A stretch of DNA of 63,957 nucleotides, filler included, from Octopus bimaculoides (lineage: Eukaryota), in assembly GCF_001194135.2 (NCBI RefSeq). It is 5 parts of 4 records of this genome, joined end to end, with 100 filler letters (N's around TTAATTAATTAA, not from the genome) between each part and the next. Parts side by side here need not be neighbours in the genome. Positions count along the whole stretch, not along the records: positions 51,316 to 59,116 come from NC_068984.1; positions 59,217 to 63,957 come from NC_068992.1; 3 more parts are not named here. The stretch is one strand, 5' to 3'. The position numbers were made by a program, and so were the translations under genes. The notes beneath the pieces are model-generated. The model saw only the letters and a list, made by a program, of their open reading frames with translations, had not been told where the DNA came from and did not search any database. The stretch's first letter is position 1; each line of letters starts with the position of its first letter. This document shows, piece after piece, positions 52,610-63,957 of this stretch.

Positions 52610-53752
52610 GAGAGTTTCTTCGCCCAAGATCCATGATCCATAAACCCGAAAACTCAGGTCATCTGATCATCTCCGTTTATACTTGTATCACTAAACCCAT
52701 CTCCACCTACCTTGATATCCTCTTCTCTTTACTGGTTGCTGCTCTCCCTTTTCACATGCACAACAACTTTATGCCTCGTGTTTATAACTTCTCTTTTTCC
52801 CTTGGCCCCTCTTGCCTCATTTTAACCATGGGCACCAACTCTCTACACCGTTATCTCTCATGACGAGAGACTCCATACTATTAAACACTTCCTCAACTTA
52901 AGCGCCCTCTTCCGTTCTAGTACTTCCACTCTCCTTTGTCTGGTTGAACTTTTGTTCACGCTTAATTGTTCCTCCTGGTGATTTTCTAGCAAGTGGTGTA
53001 GGGAATGAGTATAAGACCCAAAAGCCAGCTTATTTGTTGGCTACCTTCATTTCCAAATATTCTCTCAGTTCATCAGGACTGTGCAGCCGTTATATTGACA
53101 ACATTTTAGGCGCTACTTCTCTCTCCTTGGTGGGGTAAACACCCGTGCCGTTGATTGCTTCTCAGCGCTTACACCCAGCGTCTGGAGAGCTACTCACTGC
53201 TTCCCCTTCTTCTGACCTAACCCTCTGTCATCTTGTCCCTATAACACACTATCATCAGCCTTTCTCTCCGCCTACAAGCTTCTCTCTTACACCCATTTCT
53301 TCCTTTAAACATGCCTACAACGTTCGCAATCTCCTCGTCCAAAATCGCTTTCTTGTTCCCGTATCCACTTCCACACCTGCTCTATCGTTTTTGACTAAGA
53401 CCGGTCCCCAAAACCGCACCTTCCTCATTCGGAATTCCCTCCAATACATCTCTAATAGTCTAATATATGAGCATCAACGATCCCTCTGCAATTTTACTTA
53501 TATCGGACAAACCACCCACCGACTTGCTTAACATTCGCGGAGCACCTCAGAAATATCCGAATTAGCAACTGATTGCCTTCTCTCGGTATTTTCACTCTGT
53601 CGATCATTCTATCTAACATTTCTCGGTCTTCATCGTGGCTACCGACCCAGAATCCACCATCACTCGCCTTCAGAGGGAACAAGAGCTCATTTTCTCTTTC
53701 CAAACTCATATTCCTTTTGGTTTGAATTCTCTTCAATTCCTCTAACCTAGGT
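52610..53752 (+). mobile_element. Degenerate Penelope-like retroelement (RT plus GIY-YIG)
   Basis: IHKPENSGHLIISV..TKPISTYLD; LYTVISHDE; RYIDNILG (YIDD decayed); LIY..CNFTYIGQTTHRL..FAEHL; RLQREQELIFSFQTHIPFGLN. Confidence 0.85.
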
Positions 53753-53999
53753 TTTCTTCTAACCCATCACATTATTATACATCTCTTCCCTTTACTTCTA
53801 TCTCTCTCTGTGCCTTTTCCACGCCGCTTTCATGCACCAGACATAGTATCACCCCCGCCGCTACATATGCGTGCTTACACACACCGGCAAAAAGTGCACT
53901 GAAGGTGTGCTCCAGGGTTCCCCTCCTCGAACAAACTGGTGACTCTGACTTAGCATAGCAGGACAAATTGGATCGGTAGGACATCGTAAAATGCCTGAA

Positions 54000-54440
54000 C
54001 TAGGAATATTATCCACTGAGACTCAACTCCATAAATTTCAGACCACGAGACTTTTGATTCCATCACTTTATCCCATCTTAGCCAGGTATATCATTCAGGA
54101 AAAGCCTCTTGTAGCTTATCATTGTGAGATGGACAGCGTTTCCACGAAATACAACACCCACGAACGCTCTGTGTGTTAGTCACAAATCTACAGTCGCGAC
54201 ATTCTTCACCGCTCACTAATTTCGTCTTGTTCTGTACTCAACAGCAATCTGGGAGACTTTGGGTTGCAAGAGTCTTGCACTATATTGCAACACTTCCCCA
54301 ACATGAATTACCGCAAATTCTTTTCTCTACTGATGAGGAGTTTATTTTGTCCATATTGAGTCATGCTGTTCAGGCACCGAGGGACTCCAAGCCATTTCCG
54401 CAGAAACCCATTGACTCTCCTCCCAAGGCCCTCCACTGTA
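54000..54440 (-). mobile_element. HERO-like RLE non-LTR retrotransposon fragment
   Basis: VEGLGRRVNGFLRKWLGVPRCLNSMTQYGQNKL...WLRWDKVMESKVSWSEI resembles the post-RT region of HERO elements (from memory of the family). Confidence 0.6.
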
Positions 54441-54687
54441 ACGCGTGTGTGTGTATGTATGTATATAAATATACATATACACACGTGTATCACACATATA
54501 CACATGTTGATATGTGTGCATAATATATACATATACATTGTATACAAGTATGTATGTGTGTGTGTATATTATATGTATGAGTGCATATAAGGAGAGAGAA
54601 AGAGAAGAGAAAGTGAGATGGCATATTTATTATATGAACCTACAAAAGCCAATTGTTCTCTATTTGTTGCAACACTTGTTGATATTA

Positions 54688-54815
<128 letters not shown>

Positions 54816-55515
54816 CAAACATCTTCATTCACTTTTATCTCTTACTGGATTCATTTCCACACAGTTGTGACACACAGATAGCAAATGGGTATGAAACAGT
54901 TTTCGTATGGGAACTAACGAGCTTTGGTAAGTTTTCCATTAGGAGAGATTGTCGTGGATAGTGCTGATGAGTGGGTGGAGTGTATAGGCTTATCTCAGCA
55001 GCCGCTGGTGGTGGTGGTGGTAGTGCATGCTGGTGGCTGCTGGTATTATTTATGATAATGATGATGTTGCAGTTTAAAAGGATGGTTTACTATTTCGATT
55101 GAAAATGTAAGGTTAAATGTTTCTAGTAAGTGATTCTTAATGTCGGTCTAATTTATTACTACTTGTTATCAGAACAGTGTTCCAGCTGTTTATAGCTGTA
55201 CTTATGACATATATCGATAATTAGATGGACTTTATTAATATAAAGTGTTTCTGTCAAAGCACACTACAACCCCTATTCACAGGCATGTATTTTCTCATAA
55301 CTTTATTCTATCGCGAGTGCACCTGTTCTATGTCAATACCCAGGTGCATCCAAACACACCTGGTGCACCCATCCCCAATTCTCCTGTCCCCCCCCTCCAC
55401 TGTATCACAACACCTATCCCGTGTCTGGTCTGGCTTTTAATAGATGGAGACTGTAGAAAGACCCCGTAGAATACATACGTACATACATAATATAAATAAC
55501 CTTTTTCCAGAGGCG

Positions 55516-55672
55516 CAGGCGTGGCTCTGTGGTAAGAATCTTGCTTCCCAACCACATGGTTCCGGGATCAGTCCTACTGCGTGGCACCTTGGGCAAGTGT
55601 TTTCTACTATTGCCTCGGGATGACCAAAGCCTTGTGAGTGGATTTGGTAGATGGAAGCTGAAAGAAACCTGT

Positions 55673-55710
<38 letters not shown>

Positions 55711-55897
55711 CATGCATACAAACATATATACAGTATATATGTATATATATATATATATATGCGGGTGGGTGGGTGTTTTTGAATCTTTGTATCTGTATTT
55801 GTCTCCCACGACCGCTTGACAACCGGTGTTGGTGTGTTTACGTCCCCGTTACTTAGCAGTTCGGCAAAAGAGACCGATAGAATAAGTACCCGCCTTT
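55516..55897 (+). mobile_element. SINE family A; a further body copy lies at 56717-56950
   Basis: Head GGCGTGGCTCTGTGGTAAG..GGTTCCGGGATCAGTCC, core GCACCTTGGGCAAGTG, (TA)n, body. Confidence 0.8.
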
Positions 55898-57008
55898 NNN
55901 NNNNNNNNNNNNNNNNNNNNNNNNNNNNNNNNNNNNNNNNNNNNNNNNNNNNNNNNNNNNNNNNNNNNNNNNNNNNNNNNNNNNNNNNNNNNNNNNNNNN
56001 NNNNNNNNNNNNNNNNNNNNNNNNNNNNNNNNNNNNNNNNNNNNNNNNNNNNNNNNNNNNNNNNNNNNNNNNNNNNNNNNNNNNNNNNNNNNNNNNNNNN
56101 NNNNNNNNNNNNNNNNNNNNNNNNNNNNNNNNNNNNNNNNNNNNNNNNNNNNNNNNNNNNNNNNNNNNNNNNNNNNNNNNNNNNNNNNNNNNNNNNNNNN
56201 NNNNNNNNNNNNNNNNNNNNNNNNNNNNNNNNNNNNNNNNNNNNNNNNNNNNNNNNNNNNNNNNNNNNNNNNNNNNNNNNNNNNNNNNNNNNNNNNNNNN
56301 NNNNNNNNNNNNNNNNNNNNNNNNNNNNNNNNNNNNNNNNNNNNNNNNNNNNNNNNNNNNNNNNNNNNNNNNNNNNNNNNNNNNNNNNNNNNNNNNNNNN
56401 NNNNNNNNNNNNNNNNNNNNNNNNNNNNNNNNNNNNNNNNNNNNNNNNNNNNNNNNNNNNNNNNNNNNNNNNNNNNNNNNNNNNNNNNNNNNNNNNNNNN
56501 NNNNNNNNNNNNNNNNNNNNNNNNNNNNNNNNNNNNNNNNNNNNNNNNNNNNNNNNNNNNNNNNNNNNNNNNNNNNNNNNNNNNNNNNNNNNNNNNNNNN
56601 NNNNNNNNNNNNNNNNNNNNNNNNNNNNNNNNNNNNNNNNNNNNNNNNNNNNNNNNNNNNNNNNNNNNNNNNNNNNNNNNNNNNNNNNNNNNNNNNNNNN
56701 NNNNNNNNNNNNNNNACACACACACACACATGTCTAGATTTGTGTGTGCCTTTGTTGTGTCTGTCCCCACCACCACTTGACAACTGGTGTTGGTTTGGTT
56801 ATGTTCCTGCAAACTAGCAGTTCGGTAAAAAGGAGCGCTAGAATAGATTTGTTTGTCTTACTGAGATAGATTTGTTCGTCTTAGCCCTTCAAGGCAGTGC
56901 CCCAGCATGACTACAGTCCAATGACTGAAACGAGAAAAAATAATAAAAATAAAAGAAGATACATATATGTATGTGTGTGTGTGCGTGTTTGTGTGCGTGT
57001 GTGTGTGT

Positions 57009-58370
57009 GTTAAATAAAATGAGACAACAAAACCAACGCTGTGTCGAATTTTCAGGGCATTTATAAAAAGAAAATTAGTCTCACAGCTGTTTCTGGGATA
57101 TTAGGGACATCCCTTCATCAGAGACGATATGAGATGATTAAATAGAGGGAAATATTAGCGTTCAATATGAGGAGTTATTTTGGAAAAGGAAGCAAATAAG
57201 GAGTATATAGGGAAATGGGAGAATGAATGTAGAAATAAAAATAAAAATGTATAAGCATATTATAGTTGCAGTTCCATTATCTAAGGAAAGTGGTGGAAAT
57301 GCTTCCTGTTTGTGGTATGTAAATTCCAATAGGAGTTCATATTTTGTCATCACAAATAGAAAGTGTGGAAACGTAGATTCAATGTGCTGTTCATTCAAAG
57401 GGGTCTTGAGGTGTGAATGAAAATTTGAAAATGTAGTGGTAGTATTAATTGGATAGAGAGGGAGAAGAGATATGTATGCTAAAATGAAGAGAGAGGTCAA
57501 AGGAAAAAGTGAGAAAAGAAGGAAAGAAAGAGGAAGAGAAAATGAAAAACTGTAAGGAAGTGAAAAAAGTGTAAAAAGGAGTGTTAGTTGGCGGTCAGGG
57601 TATTATGAGGGGGAATGGGAGAGGAGTAGAGGAGGGGTAGGAAGAGATAAGAATGTAAGTAATGAATATGTGTGATGTGTGTGATGTGGGGTTATATGTT
57701 AGGATGGCATTAAGGGATGGATACAGAAAAAGGTATAGGTGGGGGGTGTCTAAAATGAGTAATAAGCCACAAATTGGAAGGGAAGAATACTAAGAATGGT
57801 CCAGTTTCTATAAATAAACTTATGTGTTCATTCTACTGGCTAATGTGATAGTGTGAGTAGAGGAATCAGAGAGAAAGAAAGAAGTGTATATCGATATACG
57901 CACGCTCACCTGTACACATATGTGTGTGTATATATGCATTATTATATAGGCCTGCGTAGTTGTGTATTTAAACCCGTACAAATGCATGCATGCATATATA
58001 TATATATAAGTTGAAAAAAAGGAAAAAAACAAAAAACAACAACAAAAAAAAACAACAAGGTGAGGACGTGATACAGATTGTGTTACTAGACGCTCGGGAA
58101 AGGAAAGAGAGAGACACACACACACACACACATACATATATACATGTACATACATATACACACATACGCATGCATACACATGCATATTCAAAGATACATA
58201 TACATACATACATACATACATATATATTTATACAGACACACGCATACCCATAAATACATGCATATACGCATACACGTGCGGACATATACGCGCATATATG
58301 AACACGTACACACACGCGCGCATGCACACACACACGCATACACACATACATATATATACATATATATATA

Positions 58371-58432
<62 letters not shown>

Positions 58433-58947
58433 CATCCGTATACGTACGCATATGCATGGTCATATGTGTAGTATTAAAGAATTAAAATAAGATTTGAGAG
58501 TTAAAAAATTAATGTAAAGTCAAATAGGGTTGTTGGGGATTACCTAAGTGGTGTTCGAGGTATATGCTCTATGGTTATTTAGGTTGCATTTAGATTTGCG
58601 GTAATGTCTGGAGGTATGGAAAAAGCGGTGGTTGCATGTACCTAGACCCTCGTTATATTTATTTAGTACTATTGAAGAGTTGTGTTTTAACTATAACATC
58701 TTTACACACTTATATTTTTATTTCTACATTCATTCTCTTATTTCCCTATATACTCCTTATTTGCTTTCTTTTCTCAAATAACTCCTCATATTGAACTCTA
58801 ATATTTCCATCTATTTGATCATCTCACATCGTCTCTGATGAAGGGATATTCTTAATATCTCAGAAACAGATGTAAGACTAAATTTTTCTTTATAAATGCC
58901 CTGAAAATTCCACACAGCCTTGGCTTTGTTGTCTCATTTTATTTAAC
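57009..58947. mobile_element. Inverted repeats of about 250 bp (57009-57255 and 58700-58947), each containing a hammerhead-like motif; probable PLE terminal repeats
   Basis: Arms are reverse complements of each other; both carry CTGATGA...GAAAC. Confidence 0.7.
58831..58878 (+). ncRNA. Hammerhead-like ribozyme, family 2
   Basis: GUCU-CUGAUGA-A-GGGAUAUU-CUU-AAUAUCUC-A-GAA-AC(AGAU)GU-A-AGAC; GUA triplet; A.A mismatch at the base of stem II. Confidence 0.6.
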
Positions 58948-59084
58948 TTAATACATGCTCATACAAGACCCGCATTAGACTCCTCACTCGTATCATTATC
59001 AAACAGAGAGTTTAACTACGGTGCTTCCATAGCGGTTACATAGCATTACCTGCCACGTTGGGTCTTCTGGACACCAATACCTCT

Positions 59085-59116
<32 letters not shown>

Positions 59117-59216
59117 NNNNNNNNNNNNNNNNNNNNNNNNNNNNNNNNNNNNNNNNNNNNTTAATTAATTAANNNNNNNNNNNNNNNNNNNNNNNNNNNN
59201 NNNNNNNNNNNNNNNN

Positions 59217-59670
59217 TCTACCATCGATTGACAACCGATGTTGGTGTGTTTATGTCTCCATAACCTAGAGGTTCAGCCAAAAAGACCGATTGAATAAGTA
59301 CTAAAATTTAAAAGAATAAGTCCTGGGGTGGTGGGCAAGTATCTACTACTATAGCCTCGGGCCCACCAAAGCCTTGTGAGTGGATTTGGTAGACGGAAGC
59401 TGAAAGAAGCCCGTCGTATATATGTATATGTATATATATATGTGTGTGTGTGTGTGTGTTTGTGTGTCTGTGTTTGTCCCCTCACCCGAAATATCGCTTG
59501 ACAACCGATGGTGGTGTGTTTACGTCCCCGTAACTTAGCGGGTTCGGCAAAAAGAGACCGATAGAATAAATACTAGGCTTACTAAGAATAAGTCCTGGGG
59601 GTCAATTTGCTCGACTAAAATCGGTGCTCCAGCATGGCTGCAGTCAAATGACTGAAACAAGTAAAAAAAA
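59217..59670 (+). mobile_element. Composite SINE family A copies
   Basis: Body fragment joined to a second core/body copy ending GCTCCAGCATGGCTGCAGTCAAATGACTGAAACAAG. Confidence 0.7.
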
Positions 59671-60959
59671 AGAATAAAAAAGAGTGTACAGTCAGGTATG
59701 CAATACGAACAACATCAATACGATTATGTAATAGTAGCTGGCCCCGTACCGTCAAAAATGATGGCCAATTGAGTTTTTTATATATAGATTAGGTGCAAAA
59801 TGAGGTGCATAAGAATCACAGATACAAACATTCACATAATTCCCTTGTACACGCACACACGTACACACATATACTCACACAGAGTTGAAACGCTGTTTGA
59901 TTTTTCTTTTCAGCGTTGAACGTTCAACATCCCATTTCTATTGCACACACACGCACACACACAGATACACATTCACATACCTCCCTTTTATAGACACACA
60001 TATATATTCACACAGAGTTGAAACGCTGATTTTTTTTTCACCCCTTCCCTCTTTTTCTTCATCTATGATGAAGGATCCCTGATGAAGGGTCCTTTCTCTG
60101 TGTTTATTTGTCCTATTTTCCTTTTTTTTCTCGTCGTTTACGTATTTCATGTTATTTGCACCGTCGGTGATGTCGTGTACCCATATATACATGTATAAAT
60201 ATATATATANNNNNNNNNNNNNNNNNNNNNNNNNNNNNNNNNNNNNNNNNNNNNNNNNNNNNNNNNNNNNNNNNNNNNNNNNNNNNNNNNNNNNNNNNNN
60301 NNNNNNNNNNNNNNNNNNNNNNNNNNNNNNNNNNNNNNNNNNNNNNNNNNNNNNNNNNNNNNNNNNNNNNNNNNNNNNNNNNNNNNNNNNNNNNNNNNNN
60401 NNNNNNNNNNNNNNNNNNNNNNNNNNNNNNNNNNNNNNNNNNNNNNNNNNNNNNNNNNNNNNNNNNNNNNNNNNNNNNNNNNNNNNNNNNNNNNNNNNNN
60501 NNNNNNNNNNNNNNNNNNNNNNNNNNNNNNNNNNNNNNNNNNNNNNNNNNNNNNNNNNNNNNNNNNNNNNNNNNNNNNNNNNNNNNNNNNNNNNNNNNNN
60601 NNNNNNNNNNNNNNNNNNNNNNNNNNNNNNNNNNNNNNNNNNNNNNNNNNNNNNNNNNNNNNNNNNNNNNNNNNNNNNNNNNNNNNNNNNNNNNNNNNNN
60701 NNNNNNNNNNNNNNNNNNNNNNNNNNNNNNNNNNNNNNNNNNNNNNNNNNNNNNNNNNNNNNNNNNNNNNNNNTATATATATATATATATATGCGTATAT
60801 ATGCATGGATTCAGGTATGTATGCATCGGTAGTTTTAACCATTAGGATAAGCTCAATTACGACATCAGTCGATAACAAACCGACAAGTCTTTTTGAGTTC
60901 AGGGAGACCTGGGTGTTTGTCAATATGTGATTAAGTTAGTGTGTTAGTTGAACTGTCGA

Positions 60960-61140
60960 TGCACACACTAAAGAATCTCACATGAAAGATCTTTGGAAAG
61001 TCTTACAAGTCTTCATTGTACCACTAACAGATTGGATTTCGAGAATTTGCGCCACTTTCTTTCGCTCTTTCTTCGATAAATCTAGTATTTCTAGGTCATT
61101 GTGTAAACTTGTTGGTACAAATGCATCTATGATGAAAGGT
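60960..61140 (-). mobile_element. Possible RLE-LINE C-terminal remnant
   Basis: FVPFIIDAFVPTSLHNDLEILDLSKKERKKVAQILEIQSVSGTMKTCKTF*, loosely like RLE ORF ends. Confidence 0.35.
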
Positions 61141-62149
61141 ACAAATGAGATATATGTATGAATATATACTCGTATGTATGTATGTATGTGTCTATAACAA
61201 CACATGTATATAAACTTGCATCTACGGAAACCGATACAAATTTTATATATAGTAATTTATGGATGTCTAAATGAATGATACTAGACATATAGCGAAATTT
61301 ATTCAGATGTTTGGGGAAAAAATTTTTGGAGGATATTAAGATGTGGGGAAAATGACAATCGTAAATATGTATGAAGGGATGTATCTATGCTTCTCTGTTT
61401 GTGTATGTACAAGAGGTCACTTCTATTAAATCTACATATTATATATCTATAAATGCATATGCCTCTATTTAAATATGTATGTGAATGTTGTGTCTAAAGA
61501 GAAATGATTAAATATACATACATTCAAGTACATATGCATAAATACAGGTGTATATACACAAAAAGATATATGTATACACACAAAAAGACATATGTATACA
61601 CACACATCCACATATACATTTACATACACATATGTGCATTCGTGCATACAAATCCATACACAAGTACACAGAGATAGAAAGTAAAGCAGGGAAACTTTAT
61701 TAAAAGACAAAATAAAGGAGTGTAACATAGGCGTAATTTCGCATAGCTCGTACATTACCTAAGGATAATGGGAACACAATAGAAAAGTGCATAGATTAGA
61801 AGCAGTGGTGAAGACGCCTCGCCATAGATAGTAATAAAATCCTAAAACAAGGTTTGGAAAATACAGAATACATTATAAAAATATATATAATGTTAAAAAG
61901 ATGCAACTGTAAATATAAAGGAATAAGGGAGGTGTAGTAAGAGATAAAACATAGTATATGAAGCTGGTTGAGGGCACAATTTAAGAATAAATGATAAATT
62001 TCTATTGGTGGGGAAGGAGGTTCGAAGTAATAAATTGTAAGCAAAATCGAATTGCAGTTTAGTGTTAAGGTGACATCGTGATATTTTGCATCTATTGCAA
62101 ACTAACAAAGCAGAAAATCGAGTGCACGACTATATAAAATTTATGTGTC

Positions 62150-62400
62150 AAGATTAAGCATTGGGTTGGAAATTATCGAAAGTTTTAAAACATTAATGTG
62201 AGCAAGAATGAAATTTGTTGGGTGGGTCTCTCGAAAATTATAGTTTTGGCAAAAGAATTTCATAATCTCACTAGTACAAAGGTTACAGTGTCCTTTATCC
62301 AAGCAATATGATTTTGTTGTTGATAGAATTTTTTTAATTTTTGGTTGTATTGATATGTTTAGTTTGTTTAGATTTCTGGTGTAAGCTGAAAGTGAAGTGT
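62150..62400 (-). mobile_element. Possible PLE endonuclease C-terminal remnant
   Basis: KSYCLDKGHCNLCTSEI resembles the Y..KRCNLCLSEK motif of some PLEs. Confidence 0.3.
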
Positions 62401-63271
62401 CATTCCTGTGAATATTCTGAAAAGAATGTATACGTGTTGGAGGAAAGGGAATTTAAAACATGTAGAAATTAGTTAAATGGAAGCCTTAGAGTTATTGGTG
62501 TGGTCAGTGTACAGGTGTTCTATATCTCTTGCTAAATGATGAGAATCTAAAGGGCAAGTGTTAGTGTTAGGCGTACATACATACAGACAAGCAGATAGAC
62601 ACACAGAGAGACACACAGACATACATACTTACATACATATATGCACACATACATACATACATACATACATACAAATAAACAGAGACATGCATACGTACGT
62701 ACATACTGACGTTCTACCTTTGGCATTCAAGTACTATTTTCTCCATGTTTTGCACCTAGATGCTCAGATGTGTGAAAATATATATGTGTATGTATGTGTA
62801 TGTATGTATATATATATATATATATNNNNNNNNNNNNNNNNNNNNNNNNNNNNNNNNNNNNNNNNNNNNNNNNNNNNNNNNNNNNNNNNNNNNNNNNNNN
62901 NNNNNNNNNNNNNNNNNNNNNNNNNNNNNNNNNNNNNNNNNNNNNNNNNNNNNNNNNNNNNNNNNNNNNNNNNNNNNNNNNNNNNNNNNNNNNNNNNNNN
63001 NNNNNNNNNNNNNNNNNNNNNNNNNNNNNNNNNNNNNNNNNNNNNNNNNNNNNNNNNNNNNNNNNNNNNNNNNNNNNNNNNNNNNNNNNNNNNNNNNNNN
63101 NNNNNNNNNNNNNNNNNNNNNNNNNNNNNNNNNNNNNNNNNNNNNNNNNNNNNNNNNNNNNNNNNNNNNNNNNNNNNNNNNNNNNNNNNNNNNNNNNNNN
63201 NNNNNNNNNNNNNNNNNNNNNNNNNNNNNNNNNNNNNNNNNNNNNNNNNNNTATATATATATATATATATA

Positions 63272-63926
63272 TTTTCAATCTCTCTCCATTTTTCCCTCTT
63301 ATTCGTTTCTGTCGAAGAGCGTAGGCTCGAAACGTCAAAGACTTGTCCATTCTTTCCGAGCGTTAAACTGATACATCTGCTTGTTGTTCCTACACCTGTC
63401 TTTGTCTTATGTTTTACTGCAAATTCGAACTATATAATATACGCTCACGTGGTCACCCCAGTTTGATCCTGCCTGACTGAACTTCCTACTCTCTTGGAAT
63501 TGCATCTTAACTACTTTCGGAACTTTCAATACCTCTCCTCATCCACATACCAGCACTCCACCCGGATTAACACTGGATTTTCGTACTCTTTTGGACCTTA
63601 CCTTCACGGATCTCTCAGGCTATTTTCGTTCATGTAAATCACTCTAATCTACCACGACTTTTGAACTTTCTGAACTTTTAAATTCCGTACGTTAATAACT
63701 TTGCCATTTTCTCTCCTTTTTACGCTGTCTTTTCCCCTCTCTGTTTTTTATATTTTTTCATTTATTTTTTTCATTCTCTCCATTTTTTTCCCTGTTATTC
63801 TTTCCTGTTGGAGAGCGTAAGCTCCAAACATAAAACATTTTTCCATTTCTCCTCAGCGTCAAACTAATACACCTACTTGTTGTTCCTAAACCGGTCTTCG
63901 TCTTTTGTTTTTCTGTAAATCTGAAC

Positions 63927-63930
<4 letters not shown>
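63272..63930 (+). mobile_element. Two direct repeats of about 160 bp (63272-63430 and 63770-63930) around decayed sequence; PLE pseudo-LTR-like
   Basis: Arms align; third copy inverted at 39925-40135; each contains a hammerhead-like motif. Confidence 0.65.
63306..63339 (+). ncRNA. Variant minimal hammerhead (CUGUCGA core), family 3
   Basis: UUU-CUGUCGA-A-GAGC-GUAG-GCUC-GAA-ACGU-C-AAA; perfect stem II, palindromic stem III, GUC triplet. Confidence 0.6.

Positions 63931-63957
<27 letters not shown>

Noticed and set aside
60070-60180. CTGATGAAG motif in a repeat shared with 40560-40690 (minus) as another hammerhead
   Set aside because: No downstream stem II/GAAA/UH arrangement could be built in either copy

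Overview
AT-rich, microsatellite-saturated animal genomic DNA from a gapped draft assembly, with roughly 7 kb (about 11%) as N. The repeat families and gap style suggest an Octopus/coleoid cephalopod genome (inference). No host protein-coding gene can be named, and nearly all ORFs in the track are microsatellite or N-spanning artefacts. The recognisable content is several tRNA-derived SINE families, R4/Dong and HERO-like RLE LINE remnants, Tc1, maT and mariner remnants, a hAT MITE, foldback palindromes, a degenerate tRNA-Asp, and several Penelope-like element (PLE) remnants. At least three distinct minimal hammerhead ribozyme (HHR) families sit in the PLE terminal repeats. The most interesting signal is a unit made of a tRNA-like Pol III head (A/B boxes), a microsatellite and a hammerhead. 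It occurs as the 3' end of a GIY-YIG PLE (46.3-46.9 kb) and also with no adjacent ORF visible, as a head-to-head pair (49.6-49.86 kb), which suggests a SINE/retrozyme-like system. Other highlights are a hammerhead family with a recurrent A6U core change, a Tc1 internal inversion with repair scars, a miRNA-like hairpin, and a CpG-depleted domain of about 34 kb that probably marks a methylated gene body. SINE and remnant boundaries are approximate.
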